Origin: Candidatus Uhrbacteria bacterium
Lineage (GTDB): Bacteria; Patescibacteriota; Patescibacteriia; JACQRZ01
DNA length: 64,000 bases
Reading direction: 5' to 3'
Assembly (NCBI GenBank): GCA_016206155.1
Contig: JACQSC010000001.1
Coordinates: 5,105 to 69,104 of the forward strand
This document shows, piece by piece, positions 48,178 through 57,278 of this stretch. The position numbers and the translations under genes are program-made. The notes beneath the pieces were generated by a model. That model made no database searches, was not told the origin of the DNA, and saw only the letters and a program-made list of their open reading frames with translations. Within the stretch, counting starts at the first letter, position 1. Each line of letters begins with the position of its first letter.

Positions 48178-50186
48178 GCGCATTTCGCCTTCAATCCTCC
48201 TTCCCTCCTGCCGGCGATCAGCCGCAAGCCATCCAAAAACTATCGGATAGCTTTTCTCACTTTCCTCGTCAAACCCTTCTTGGTATTACCGGCAGCGGTA
48301 AAACATATACCGTTGCCAGTGTCATTGAAAACATTCAAGCGCCAACTCTCGTCCTTTCGCATAACAAAACCCTTGCCGCACAGCTGTACACAGAATTCAA
48401 GAGCTTTTTTCCGAATAACAAAGTTTGCTACTTTGTGTCATATTACGACTACTATCAGCCGGAAAGCTATCTCCCGCAAACAGACACCTATATAGAAAAA
48501 GAGACGCAGATCAATGAGAAGATTGATCAACTCCGCCTTGAAGCGATGTCTTCCCTCATGACGCGGCCCGACACGATCGTCGTGGCGTCGGTATCGTGTA
48601 TTTATGCTCTGGGAAATCCGGTTGATTTCAAGAGCGGTATGCGGACAATCAAGGCATGGGAGACAATGCGGCGCAAGGATTTTCAAGCACTGCTTATAGA
48701 ACTCCTCTATCAGCGGAATGACAGTGACCTTGCCGCAGGACGTTTTCGTGTTCGGGGTGATGTCGTTGATGTGATTCAGGGGTTTGGCGGTGATATCTAT
48801 CGTTTCACATTTTCTGGCGATGAGATAGAGTCGATCACAACGCTGGATGCTATATCGCTCTCTCCAACCCTTGTCATCCCGGCGGAGGCCGGGATCCAGT
48901 CACTAGAGAACGGTGACAGCAATCTTTCAGAATGCACGCTTTTCCCAGCCCGTCCCTTTATTACGCCGGAGGATAAACGACGGCGCGCGCTTGAGAGAAT
49001 TCGCGAAGAGCTGCGTGCGCGCCTTAAAGAATTGCCTGCGCTTGAAGCGCATCGCCTGGAACAGCGTACCAATTATGACCTTGAGATGCTTGAACAGATC
49101 GGCGTGTGCAAGGGCGTGGAAAATTACTCTCGCCATTTTGATGACCGCAAAGAGGGCGAGCCACCCTTTTGTCTCATCGATTATTTCGCCCAGAATCCTT
49201 TTTCAAAAGATTTCCTCATGGTTGTAGACGAGAGTCACGTCACGGTTCCGCAAGTGCGCGGTATGTATCATGGCGATCGGTCGCGGAAGAAAAATCTCAT
49301 AGACTTCGGTTTTCGCCTTCCAAGCGCGTATGACAACCGCCCGTTGAAATTTCATGAATTTGAGAAGTACCTCACGCATGCGATTTTTACCAGCGCGACA
49401 CCGGGCGAGTATGAATCATCCTCAAGCGGACAGATTGTCGAGCAAGTGGTGCGTCCAACCGGACTCATTGATCCGCCGATTATCGTGAAACCCATACTCG
49501 GATGCATTGAAGATGTGCAGAAGGAGATTCGCGCAACAATAGAGCAAGGGGATCGGGTGCTGGTAACAACGCTCACCAAACGATCGGCAGAAGAATTGGC
49601 GGAATACCTAACCCTTCATGACATCAAGGCGCGGTATCTCCACAGCGAAATCGATACCATTGAGCGAACAAAAATTTTAAAAGATTTGCGCATCGGCGTG
49701 TTTGATGTTCTGGTTGGCATCAATCTTTTGCGTGAGGGGTTGGATATTCCCGAAGTTGCCCTTGTCGCAATTCTTGATGCCGATAAGGAGGGGTTCTTGC
49801 GCAATGCCACCAGTCTTATTCAGACCATCGGCCGCGGCGCGCGCAATCTGCATGGCCGCGCAATTCTCTATGCCGATGTGATGACCGAGTCTATTCGGCA
49901 CGCGGTTTCTGAAACCGAACGGCGCAGGAAAATTCAAAAGGCGTATAACAAAAAGCACGGCATTACTCCACGAAGCATCGAGAAAATGGTGTCTAGTTCC
50001 TTTTTTGAAGGTATCGATGTTGATGCTATACAAAAAAGGTATCTGACACCATTGTCTATCCATGACACGATCGTTGCCCTGCAAGAAGAGATGCGCGGTG
50101 CTGTTGAACGCCTTGATTTTGAAAAAGCCATTCTCCTTCGCGACACGCTTGCCAAGCTGAAAAAGGAGAAGCGCACGCGGGATTGA
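48174..50186 (+). CDS. uvrB: Excinuclease ABC subunit B
   Basis: GDQP, GITGSGKT, FVSYYDYYQPE, DESH, INLLREGLD, C-terminal UVR motif. Confidence 0.97.
   Translation: MSAFRLQSSFPPAGDQPQAIQKLSDSFSHFPRQTLLGITGSGKTYTVASVIENIQAPTLVLSHNKTLAAQLYTEFKSFFPNNKVCYFVSYYDYYQPESYLPQTDTYIEKETQINEKIDQLRLEAMSSLMTRPDTIVVASVSCIYALGNPVDFKSGMRTIKAWETMRRKDFQALLIELLYQRNDSDLAAGRFRVRGDVVDVIQGFGGDIYRFTFSGDEIESITTLDAISLSPTLVIPAEAGIQSLENGDSNLSECTLFPARPFITPEDKRRRALERIREELRARLKELPALEAHRLEQRTNYDLEMLEQIGVCKGVENYSRHFDDRKEGEPPFCLIDYFAQNPFSKDFLMVVDESHVTVPQVRGMYHGDRSRKKNLIDFGFRLPSAYDNRPLKFHEFEKYLTHAIFTSATPGEYESSSSGQIVEQVVRPTGLIDPPIIVKPILGCIEDVQKEIRATIEQGDRVLVTTLTKRSAEELAEYLTLHDIKARYLHSEIDTIERTKILKDLRIGVFDVLVGINLLREGLDIPEVALVAILDADKEGFLRNATSLIQTIGRGARNLHGRAILYADVMTESIRHAVSETERRRKIQKAYNKKHGITPRSIEKMVSSSFFEGIDVDAIQKRYLTPLSIHDTIVALQEEMRGAVERLDFEKAILLRDTLAKLKKEKRTRD
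48872..48899 (+). repeat. In-frame palindromic repeat in uvrB (VIPAEAGIQ)
   Basis: TGTCATCCCGGCGGAGGCCGGGATCCAG. Confidence 0.85.
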
Positions 50187-50250
50187 CGGACTCCGCTGTT
50201 TACATTTGAGGATTGCTTCCTTGTTCGTTTCGTGATATGATACAGCGTCT

Positions 50251-53055
50251 ATGAAGAATGAATCAATCATCATCAAGGGCGCGCGGCAGCACAATCTCAA
50301 GAACATCAACGTTGAGATTCCAATTAATGCCTTAACTGTCATCACGGGACTATCCGGAAGCGGGAAGTCCAGTTTGGCATTCGATACATTGTATGCGGAA
50401 GGTCAGCGTCGGTATGTGGAGAGTCTTTCTGCCTATGCACGGCAGTTCTTGGGCGTGATGAACAAACCCGACGTGGATTCGATCAAGGGCCTCTCACCGG
50501 CAATTGCCATTCAGCAAAAGAAGCTTTCTCAAAATCCACGCTCAACAGTCGGAACCGTCACCGAGATTTATGATTACCTTCGCCTGCTGTTTGCGCGCAT
50601 CGGCACTCCCCATTGTCCTCACTGTGGACGGGAAATTACGCATCAGGATCCTCAATCAATCACCAAACAAATTTTGAAAAGCTATGGCGGTGGGCGCGTC
50701 CAGATTCTCGCGCCTATTGTACGCGGACGAAAAGGAACCTACGAGGCGCTGTTCTCAGATCTCAAGAGGCAGGGATATACGCGCGTACGCGTTGATGGCG
50801 CCTTCTACAATCTTGGGACGGAAAATATTCTTCTCAAGCGATACGTCATTCACACTATCGAGGTTGTCATTGATCGTATCGCTGTTGATACCGATGAAAA
50901 ATCGCGCATTCAAGAGGCGGTGGAACACGCGCTTCGTGCCGGCAACGGCTTTCTTCTCATTCTCTCAGAGCGAAAAGAGAGCGCGCATAATGTCGATACG
51001 GCGAAATGGACAGAAACACTCCTCAGCCAGCATCTTGCTTGCGTACGCTGCGGCGTGAGTTTTGATGAACTTACGCCACGGAATTTTTCCTTTAACGCGC
51101 CTCAAGGCGCTTGCGCCGAGTGCCACGGTCTTGGCGTCATTCAGGAGTTTGACGAAGATCTCATCATTCCCGACAGAACACGTTCAATTGACGATGGAGC
51201 AATAATGCCGTGGCGCACCATGACGCTTTGGATCCGCAGGTCGTTTCTCGAATCGCTGAGTGCACAGCACGGGTTTTCGCTCGCAAAGCCTATTAAAGAC
51301 CTTCCGCGATCAGTGATTACCATGCTGCTCGATGGGGACAGCGATCAAGGGTGGGAGGGGATTGTTCCACAGCTCAAGCGGTATTATCGCCAAACAGGTT
51401 CTGAAGACCGCCGTATTGATATTTCAAAATTTCTCCGCGAGCGCATATGCCCAAGTTGTAGCGGAAAGCGTTTGAAAAAAGAGAGCCTCGCCGTTCTTGT
51501 CGGTGAAAAGTCAATTATTGACGTGACCGACCTCTCACTTCTGCAGGCACAAGAGTTTGTAGTATCATTATCGCTTTTGGATACGCAGAAAAAGATTGCC
51601 CACCAGATTATCAAGGAGATCGTTGCGCGTATCTCGTTTTTGGTCAATGTCGGGCTTGATTATGTTACCCTTTCGCGGAGCGCTGGAACGCTTTCCGGCG
51701 GTGAGGCGCAGCGTATTCATCTTGCGACGCAGATTGGATCCGAGCTGCGCGGTGTACTGTATATTTTGGATGAGCCGTCAATCGGGCTGCATCAGCGCGA
51801 CAATGAGAAGCTGCTTTGTACGCTCAAAAATCTTCGCGATATCGGCAACACGGTAATCGTTGTTGAACATGACGCGGATACGATGCGCAACGCAGACCAT
51901 CTCATTGATATTGGACCCGGCGCGGGTGTTCATGGTGGGTCGGTGATGTACTCTGGGACGCCGACAAAAATTACGAGCGCGACAAAATCGCTCACCGGAC
52001 AGTATTTGAGCGGGAAGAAAAAGGTAGACATTCCCAAAGAACGCAGGAAACCTCGTGGATTCCTGACACTCTTCGGAGCACGCGAACATAATCTGAAAAA
52101 CGTCATAGCAAAATTTCCGCTCTCGGTGTTCTGCTGCGTCACCGGCGTGTCAGGAAGCGGGAAAAGCACGCTCATCAGTGAGACGCTCTATCCAATCCTT
52201 GCGAATACCTTCAATCGTACAGCCGAAGTTCCTGGCGCGTATACGAGCATCGACGGCGTCTCATATCTGGACAAGGCGATCATCATTGACCAGAATCCGA
52301 TTGGCAGAACGCCACGATCAAATCCCGCAACCTACACGGGCGTCTTCACCTATATCCGCGAACTATTCAGTGCGACGAAGGAGGCGCGCATGCGCGGATA
52401 TGCTCCCGGACGATTCAGCTTCAATGTTGCGGAGGGGCGGTGTGGAAATTGCGATGGCGATGGGTTGATTAAAATTGAGATGCACTTCCTTCCCGACGTC
52501 TATATACCCTGTGAAGTCTGCGGCGGAAAACGCTATGACGAAGAGACGCTGTCGGTCAAGTACAAAGAAAAAACAATCGCCGACGTCCTTGCCATGACCG
52601 TTGAGGAGGCGCGTGATTTTTTTATCAGCATCCCGCGGATAAAGAACAAACTGCAGACGCTCCTTGATGTCGGTCTTGGATATATCGAACTGGGACAATC
52701 GGCAACAACGCTTTCCGGCGGAGAGGCACAGCGCATCAAACTGGCAACAGAGCTCTCACGACGCGATACCGGACGCACGCTCTATCTCCTCGACGAGCCA
52801 ACAACCGGATTGCACTTTGAGGATATTAAAAAGCTTCTCGGTGTTCTTAATCGATTGGTGGATAAAGGAAATTCCGTGCTTGTCATCGAACACAATCTTG
52901 ACGTCATTAAGACTGCCGACTACATTATTGATCTAGGGCCCGAAGGCGGCGATGCCGGAGGTGAGATTATTGCACAGGGAACACCGGAGGAGGTTGCAAA
53001 GGTTACAAAGAGCTATACGGGGCAGTTTTTGAAAAAAGCGTTGAAGAAATTCTGA
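50251..53055 (+). CDS. uvrA: Excinuclease ABC subunit A
   Basis: Two ABC modules ([26 protein letters not shown]) and zinc fingers. Confidence 0.97.
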   Translation: MKNESIIIKGARQHNLKNINVEIPINALTVITGLSGSGKSSLAFDTLYAEGQRRYVESLSAYARQFLGVMNKPDVDSIKGLSPAIAIQQKKLSQNPRSTVGTVTEIYDYLRLLFARIGTPHCPHCGREITHQDPQSITKQILKSYGGGRVQILAPIVRGRKGTYEALFSDLKRQGYTRVRVDGAFYNLGTENILLKRYVIHTIEVVIDRIAVDTDEKSRIQEAVEHALRAGNGFLLILSERKESAHNVDTAKWTETLLSQHLACVRCGVSFDELTPRNFSFNAPQGACAECHGLGVIQEFDEDLIIPDRTRSIDDGAIMPWRTMTLWIRRSFLESLSAQHGFSLAKPIKDLPRSVITMLLDGDSDQGWEGIVPQLKRYYRQTGSEDRRIDISKFLRERICPSCSGKRLKKESLAVLVGEKSIIDVTDLSLLQAQEFVVSLSLLDTQKKIAHQIIKEIVARISFLVNVGLDYVTLSRSAGTLSGGEAQRIHLATQIGSELRGVLYILDEPSIGLHQRDNEKLLCTLKNLRDIGNTVIVVEHDADTMRNADHLIDIGPGAGVHGGSVMYSGTPTKITSATKSLTGQYLSGKKKVDIPKERRKPRGFLTLFGAREHNLKNVIAKFPLSVFCCVTGVSGSGKSTLISETLYPILANTFNRTAEVPGAYTSIDGVSYLDKAIIIDQNPIGRTPRSNPATYTGVFTYIRELFSATKEARMRGYAPGRFSFNVAEGRCGNCDGDGLIKIEMHFLPDVYIPCEVCGGKRYDEETLSVKYKEKTIADVLAMTVEEARDFFISIPRIKNKLQTLLDVGLGYIELGQSATTLSGGEAQRIKLATELSRRDTGRTLYLLDEPTTGLHFEDIKKLLGVLNRLVDKGNSVLVIEHNLDVIKTADYIIDLGPEGGDAGGEIIAQGTPEEVAKVTKSYTGQFLKKALKKF

Positions 53056-53056
53056 A

Positions 53057-53136
53057 TGGACCGAGGGGGAGTCGAACCCCTAGAACATGGATGATAAGCC
53101 AGTTCCCGGGACCACCCGGACTCGGCTCTCAGGTCC
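53057..53136 (-). ncRNA. Atypical tRNA-like RNA
   Basis: T-arm GGGG-TTCGACT-CCCC, acceptor 3' strand TCGGTCC-A, CCGGG-TGGT-CCCGG D-like arm; TGnTATACT -10 just upstream. Confidence 0.6.
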
Positions 53137-53152
53137 ACGTCAAAGTATAGCA

Positions 53153-53229
53153 AATAAAATGAAAAGCTCCCACTGGGAGCTTTTCAAGGAGTTCTGGGCA
53201 GTTCCAGTTAAGAACTGGCTTATCATCTA
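53153..53229 (-). ncRNA. Putative small RNA complementary to the tRNA-like RNA
   Basis: Promoter TTGACA(53263)-N16-TAGCAT; terminator TGAAAAGCTCCC-AGT-GGGAGCTTTTCA-TTTT; 16-nt perfect complement of the tRNA-like arm. Confidence 0.5.
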
Positions 53230-53235
53230 ATTAAT

Positions 53236-54912
53236 ATGCTACACGATAATAAAATTTTGTCAAGATCTGTAAAAAATATCCCACCAAACTCTGGATGTTA
53301 TCTCATGAAGAATGCCGATGGCGGTGTTGTATATGTTGGGAAGGCAAAGCATCTCCGCAAGCGGGTAGCATCATATTGGCGCGCACGGGATTATAAAACA
53401 GTAGCGCTTGTCGCAGAAATTGCCGATATTGAAACAATTGTAACCGACACAGAGGAAGAGGCACTAGTTCTGGAGGCGCAACTGATACAGACCCATCACC
53501 CAAAGTATAATATAGACCTGCAGACCCCCGGGCGCTACGCATATATCAAGCTGACCAGAGAGGCGTATCCGCGTTTTGTGATCGCGCGCAAAGTAACAAA
53601 AGACGGAACATTTTTTGGCCCCTATCCTTCTGCCGCCACGCGCAATCAACTGTTGCGCAGCGCACACACGCTCTTTCAGCTCTGCTCTACAAAAAGAAAT
53701 CAAAAGCGGCCGTGCTTTCGATATTCGCTAGGGGCATGTGCGGGCGCATGCGCAGGAAGGGTATCAAAAGAGGAACATGCGCGAGCTATTGCATCGGCGC
53801 TAAGGTTTTTGCGCGGAGAATTTTCATCTTTGATACGCGAAACAGAGCACTTAATGAAAGATGCGGCAAAGCGCGAACAGTATGAGCAGGCAAAAATTTA
53901 TCGTGATCGCTTGCTCGCGTTGCGTAAGCGCGAAGAGCAAAAACTCTCTCAACCTAAACGGTATGACCAGGATATTGTGAATTATGTTGCAATAGAGGGG
54001 AGAGGTATGCCCTTGTCACTTGGGGCTCCCTTCGTCAAATCGCTCCAAGGACACACCTCTCCTCACGATCGCAACGTTCGGTGTCTTACTATTCAACTAT
54101 TCCACTTCAATCGCGGAATTATCTCTGGACGGAAGGAATTTACTTTTGATCTTGATGTCCTTGCGGTTGAGGGAGCCCACGAAGCGCTGCGCGACTTCAT
54201 CGTTCAATACTATACGAGCCATGCAATTCCAAGCGAAATAGTGATTCCGGAAGCTATTCCCGACTGTGAGCTTCTTGAGCGCTTTTTTTGTAAACAAAGC
54301 GGCCATGCAGTAACACTTGTCGTGCCGCAACGAGGGACAAAGAGAAAGTTACTTGAGATGGTAAAAAAGAACCTTCTTACCAAGCTCGGCGAGGGCGGCG
54401 GTCAGCTCTACGAACTCCAGCGTCTACTGCGATTGCCAGACCTTCCGCGCATTATCGATTGTATTGACATTTCGCACTTGAGCGGGACTGAAACGGTTGG
54501 TTCACTAGTTCAATTTATGAATGGTCAGCCAACAAAAGCAGGATACCGCAAGTTTATTATCAAAAACGTCAAGGGGAACAATGACGTTGCATCGATCCAT
54601 GAAGTGGTGACGAGATTTGCAAAACGTATACAAGAAGAAAAAGAAAAAAAGCCGGATTTACTGCTGATTGATGGCGGGAAAGGGCAGCTGAACAGCGCTT
54701 TGCGCGCACTTTCTGAATTACATCTTGAAGTTTCAGTCGCCGGTCTTGCAAAGCGCCTTGAGGAGGTGTATGTGCCAGGATCCAAGGATCCTCTCATGAT
54801 ACCTCCAAGAAGTACGGCTCTTCAACTCCTCCGCGCAGTTCGTGATGAGGCACACCGCTTTGCGATTACCTTCCAGCGTAGGAGGCGCCGGGGGCAAGGG
54901 ATAAGCCCTTGA
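53236..54912 (+). CDS. uvrC: Excinuclease ABC subunit C (no C-terminal HhH), with palindromic insertions
   Basis: GCY...YVGKAKHLRKRV GIY-YIG domain; DISH, IDGGKGQL, RDEAHRFA. Confidence 0.95.
   Translation: MLHDNKILSRSVKNIPPNSGCYLMKNADGGVVYVGKAKHLRKRVASYWRARDYKTVALVAEIADIETIVTDTEEEALVLEAQLIQTHHPKYNIDLQTPGRYAYIKLTREAYPRFVIARKVTKDGTFFGPYPSAATRNQLLRSAHTLFQLCSTKRNQKRPCFRYSLGACAGACAGRVSKEEHARAIASALRFLRGEFSSLIRETEHLMKDAAKREQYEQAKIYRDRLLALRKREEQKLSQPKRYDQDIVNYVAIEGRGMPLSLGAPFVKSLQGHTSPHDRNVRCLTIQLFHFNRGIISGRKEFTFDLDVLAVEGAHEALRDFIVQYYTSHAIPSEIVIPEAIPDCELLERFFCKQSGHAVTLVVPQRGTKRKLLEMVKKNLLTKLGEGGGQLYELQRLLRLPDLPRIIDCIDISHLSGTETVGSLVQFMNGQPTKAGYRKFIIKNVKGNNDVASIHEVVTRFAKRIQEEKEKKPDLLLIDGGKGQLNSALRALSELHLEVSVAGLAKRLEEVYVPGSKDPLMIPPRSTALQLLRAVRDEAHRFAITFQRRRRRGQGISP
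53998..54064. repeat. In-frame palindromic element in uvrC
   Basis: GGGAGAGGTATGCCCTTG...CAAGGACACACCTCTCCTC arms around a 25-nt core shared with 54914-54938. Confidence 0.75.
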
Positions 54913-54962
54913 GACTTGGGGCTCCCTTCGTCAAATCGTCTCAAGGGCTTATCCCTTGCCCT
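54891..54962. repeat. Palindromic element at the uvrC 3' end
   Basis: GGGCAAGGGATAAGCCCTTGAGAC...GTCTCAAGGGCTTATCCCTTGCCC. Confidence 0.85.
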
Positions 54963-54977
54963 AAAATACATTTCTCT

Positions 54978-56012
54978 ATGTCATTTTGGAACAACCTAAA
55001 AAAACCAATCATGGCGTTGGCGCCGATGGCGGATGTCACCGATGCTGCCTTTCGTCAAATTATTGCGAAGTACGGCAAGCCCGATGTGATGTTTACCGAG
55101 TTTACCTCTGTGGCGGGGTTATGCTCTCCCGGGCGCGAGAATCTTCTGATTGATTTTTGGCATACGGAAAGCGAGCGGCCTATTGTTGCGCAGATTTTTG
55201 GCAGCAACCCCGCGCAATTTTACGAAGCCGCCAAGCTCATAAAAAAACTCGGCTTTGACGGCATTGACATCAATATGGGATGTCCTGATCGAAGCGTCGA
55301 AAAACAGGGCGGGGGAGCCGCGCTCATGAAAGATCCACACCTTGCACAAAAGATTATTGCAGAGACCAAGCGTGGCGCAGGAAAGCTGCCAGTATCGGTA
55401 AAAACGCGTCTTGGATACAACAAAGTGGATCTTTGCTGGATTCAGGCGATCCTCGACGCACAACCAGCGGCACTGACCGTTCATTTGCGCACACGAAAGG
55501 AGATGTCGGATGTTGCTGCGCATTGGGACGTTATGTCCGACATCGTTGGTATATTGTCATCCCGGCGAAGGCCGGGATCCAAGCCATTGATCCTTGGCAA
55601 TGGCGATGTTCAAGACGTGCAGGAGGCTCAAGAAAAATGCAGACAATATGGATGCGACGGGGTGATGATTGGGCGCGGAATTTTCGGAAATCCGTGGCTG
55701 TTTGCGACGGGGAGCAGTCGGGATATCTTGACCGGTCTGCGCCCCGACAGTGCTCGCTTTGGACAAGACACCCTGCCCCCGCTTCGACAACCAACGATTC
55801 TTCTTGAGGAGAGGTTAAGAGTCATGATCGAGCACACCTATCTTTTTGAAAAGCTCTTTACGGGCATCAAGAATTTTGACATTATGAAAAAGCACTACAA
55901 AGCCTATGTTGGCGGGTTTGATGGGGCAAAGGAGCTGCGTATCCGTCTCATGGCATGCAAAACAGCCGATGAGGTGGCACGGATAATAGAGAACAGGCCA
56001 TCCTTGCAATGA
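54978..56012 (+). CDS. tRNA-dihydrouridine synthase (Dus family)
   Basis: LAPMADVTD.AFR, AQIFG, IDINMGCP, SVKTRLG, GNGDV, DGVMIGRG. Confidence 0.92.
   Translation: MSFWNNLKKPIMALAPMADVTDAAFRQIIAKYGKPDVMFTEFTSVAGLCSPGRENLLIDFWHTESERPIVAQIFGSNPAQFYEAAKLIKKLGFDGIDINMGCPDRSVEKQGGGAALMKDPHLAQKIIAETKRGAGKLPVSVKTRLGYNKVDLCWIQAILDAQPAALTVHLRTRKEMSDVAAHWDVMSDIVGILSSRRRPGSKPLILGNGDVQDVQEAQEKCRQYGCDGVMIGRGIFGNPWLFATGSSRDILTGLRPDSARFGQDTLPPLRQPTILLEERLRVMIEHTYLFEKLFTGIKNFDIMKKHYKAYVGGFDGAKELRIRLMACKTADEVARIIENRPSLQ
55555..55581 (+). repeat. In-frame palindromic repeat in the Dus gene (LSSRRRPGS)
   Basis: TGTCATCCCGGCGAAGGCCGGGATCCA. Confidence 0.85.
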
Positions 56013-56038
56013 ACATTGTGTAGCGATATACTACAACC

Positions 56039-56437
56039 ATGGAATATAGAAAACATCCAGACCGCAGATGGCAACAGTACTTTGCCGGTATCGTGCTGTA
56101 TCTTTTGATACCACCAATAGTGATTCTTGATTGTCTTGTGGAGATATACCATCGGCTCTGCTTTCCGATCCTTGGTATTCCGCTCGTAAAGCGTTCGCAG
56201 TATATTCGTATTGATCGGCACCGTCTTTCATATCTCAGCATATGGGAGAAAATTAATTGCGCCTATTGCGGATACGCCAACGGCCTTATCATGTACGCAA
56301 TGCGCATTGCCGGAGAAACAGAGCGGTATTGGTGCAGCATTAAGCACAAGGAAGATCCAACCTTCACATCGCCGCCACACCACCAGTTTTTTCTTCCCTA
56401 CGCCGACGAACAATCATTTAAAGATTTTTTAAAGTAA
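56039..56437 (+). CDS. Conserved Cys-containing hypothetical membrane protein
   Basis: EIYH..CFP..GIP.V.R..Y...DRH.L.YL...EK.NC.YC.YANGL......E.YWC.IKH. Confidence 0.75.
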   Translation: MEYRKHPDRRWQQYFAGIVLYLLIPPIVILDCLVEIYHRLCFPILGIPLVKRSQYIRIDRHRLSYLSIWEKINCAYCGYANGLIMYAMRIAGETERYWCSIKHKEDPTFTSPPHHQFFLPYADEQSFKDFLK

Positions 56438-56445
56438 TTACAGCC

Positions 56446-57201
56446 ATGACTATGGATCAAAAAATTCTTACCGGAGGGATCGCGCTTATACTCATCATCG
56501 TCCTTGGTGCGGGTTGGATGATGCAAAAAAATAACACAACTTCGCAAGTGGAGCTTCCTGTTGATTTCTCTCTTGGGCTGTCTGATGACGCGCTTGATTC
56601 AGTACTTTTTACTGATCAAGAATCAGAACCATCTAACTCATTTCTCGATAATCTAGAATCTGGCTTTCCAGCCATCACGCTGGACGATCAGAATACACCA
56701 CCTATGTCAGAAACAACACAAGAGCAAGCGCTTACAGCGACTCTGCATACCGAGAAGGGCGATATTGTCATCGCATTAAACAGTAACGCGACGCCAAAGA
56801 CCGTCCAGAATTTTGTCACCTTGGCAAAAAAAGATTTCTACAACAACACCGTATTCCATCGCACCATCAAGGGATTCATGATCCAGGGCGGTGACCCAAA
56901 AGGGGATGGTACCGGCGGTCCAGGATACAAGTTTGATGACGAGCCATTTGAAGGTGAGTACACGCGCGGGACAGTGGCGATGGCAAATGCAGGGCCAAAT
57001 ACGAACGGCAGCCAGTTTTTCATCATGCACGCAGACTACGCACTGCCAAAGAACTACGTGATTTTTGGAAAAGTCACCAAGGGTATGGATGTGGTTGATC
57101 AAATCGCCACCGCGCCCACAGCGTTTTCGCCATCTGGAGAAAACTCAAAACCTGTCACGCCGGTGAAAGTGAAGTCCGTAGAAATCGAAGAAGTACAGTA
57201 A
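56446..57201 (+). CDS. Membrane-anchored cyclophilin-type peptidyl-prolyl isomerase
   Basis: FHRTIKGFMIQGGDP.G.GTGGPGY, AMANAGPNTNGSQFFI. Confidence 0.92.
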   Translation: MTMDQKILTGGIALILIIVLGAGWMMQKNNTTSQVELPVDFSLGLSDDALDSVLFTDQESEPSNSFLDNLESGFPAITLDDQNTPPMSETTQEQALTATLHTEKGDIVIALNSNATPKTVQNFVTLAKKDFYNNTVFHRTIKGFMIQGGDPKGDGTGGPGYKFDDEPFEGEYTRGTVAMANAGPNTNGSQFFIMHADYALPKNYVIFGKVTKGMDVVDQIATAPTAFSPSGENSKPVTPVKVKSVEIEEVQ

Positions 57202-57202
57202 A

Positions 57203-57263
57203 ATTGGTAGTAACATGCCAGTATTGACACCTGGTGAAACTGGTTCAAGTCCCGTCGTGTCCA
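57203..57263 (+). pseudogene. Degenerate tRNA-like remnant upstream of metG
   Basis: AATTGGTAG, GCCAG-loop-CTGGT, ACTGG-TTCAAGT-CCCGT, CGTGTCC-A; no matching 5' acceptor strand. Confidence 0.35.
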
Positions 57264-57278
57264 GTCGGCCGTAAAAAT

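Noticed and set aside
53057-53229. tmRNA, RNase P RNA or SRP RNA
   Set aside because: Too short; no tag-coding domain or GGGG 5' end, no RNase P P4 5' strand, and no SRP GGAA domain IV motif visible.
55502-55544. 9-bp inverted repeat GATGTCGGA/TCCGACATC in the Dus gene
   Set aside because: Overlaps normal Dus sequence (EMS...AHW) with no evident length gain; may be chance.
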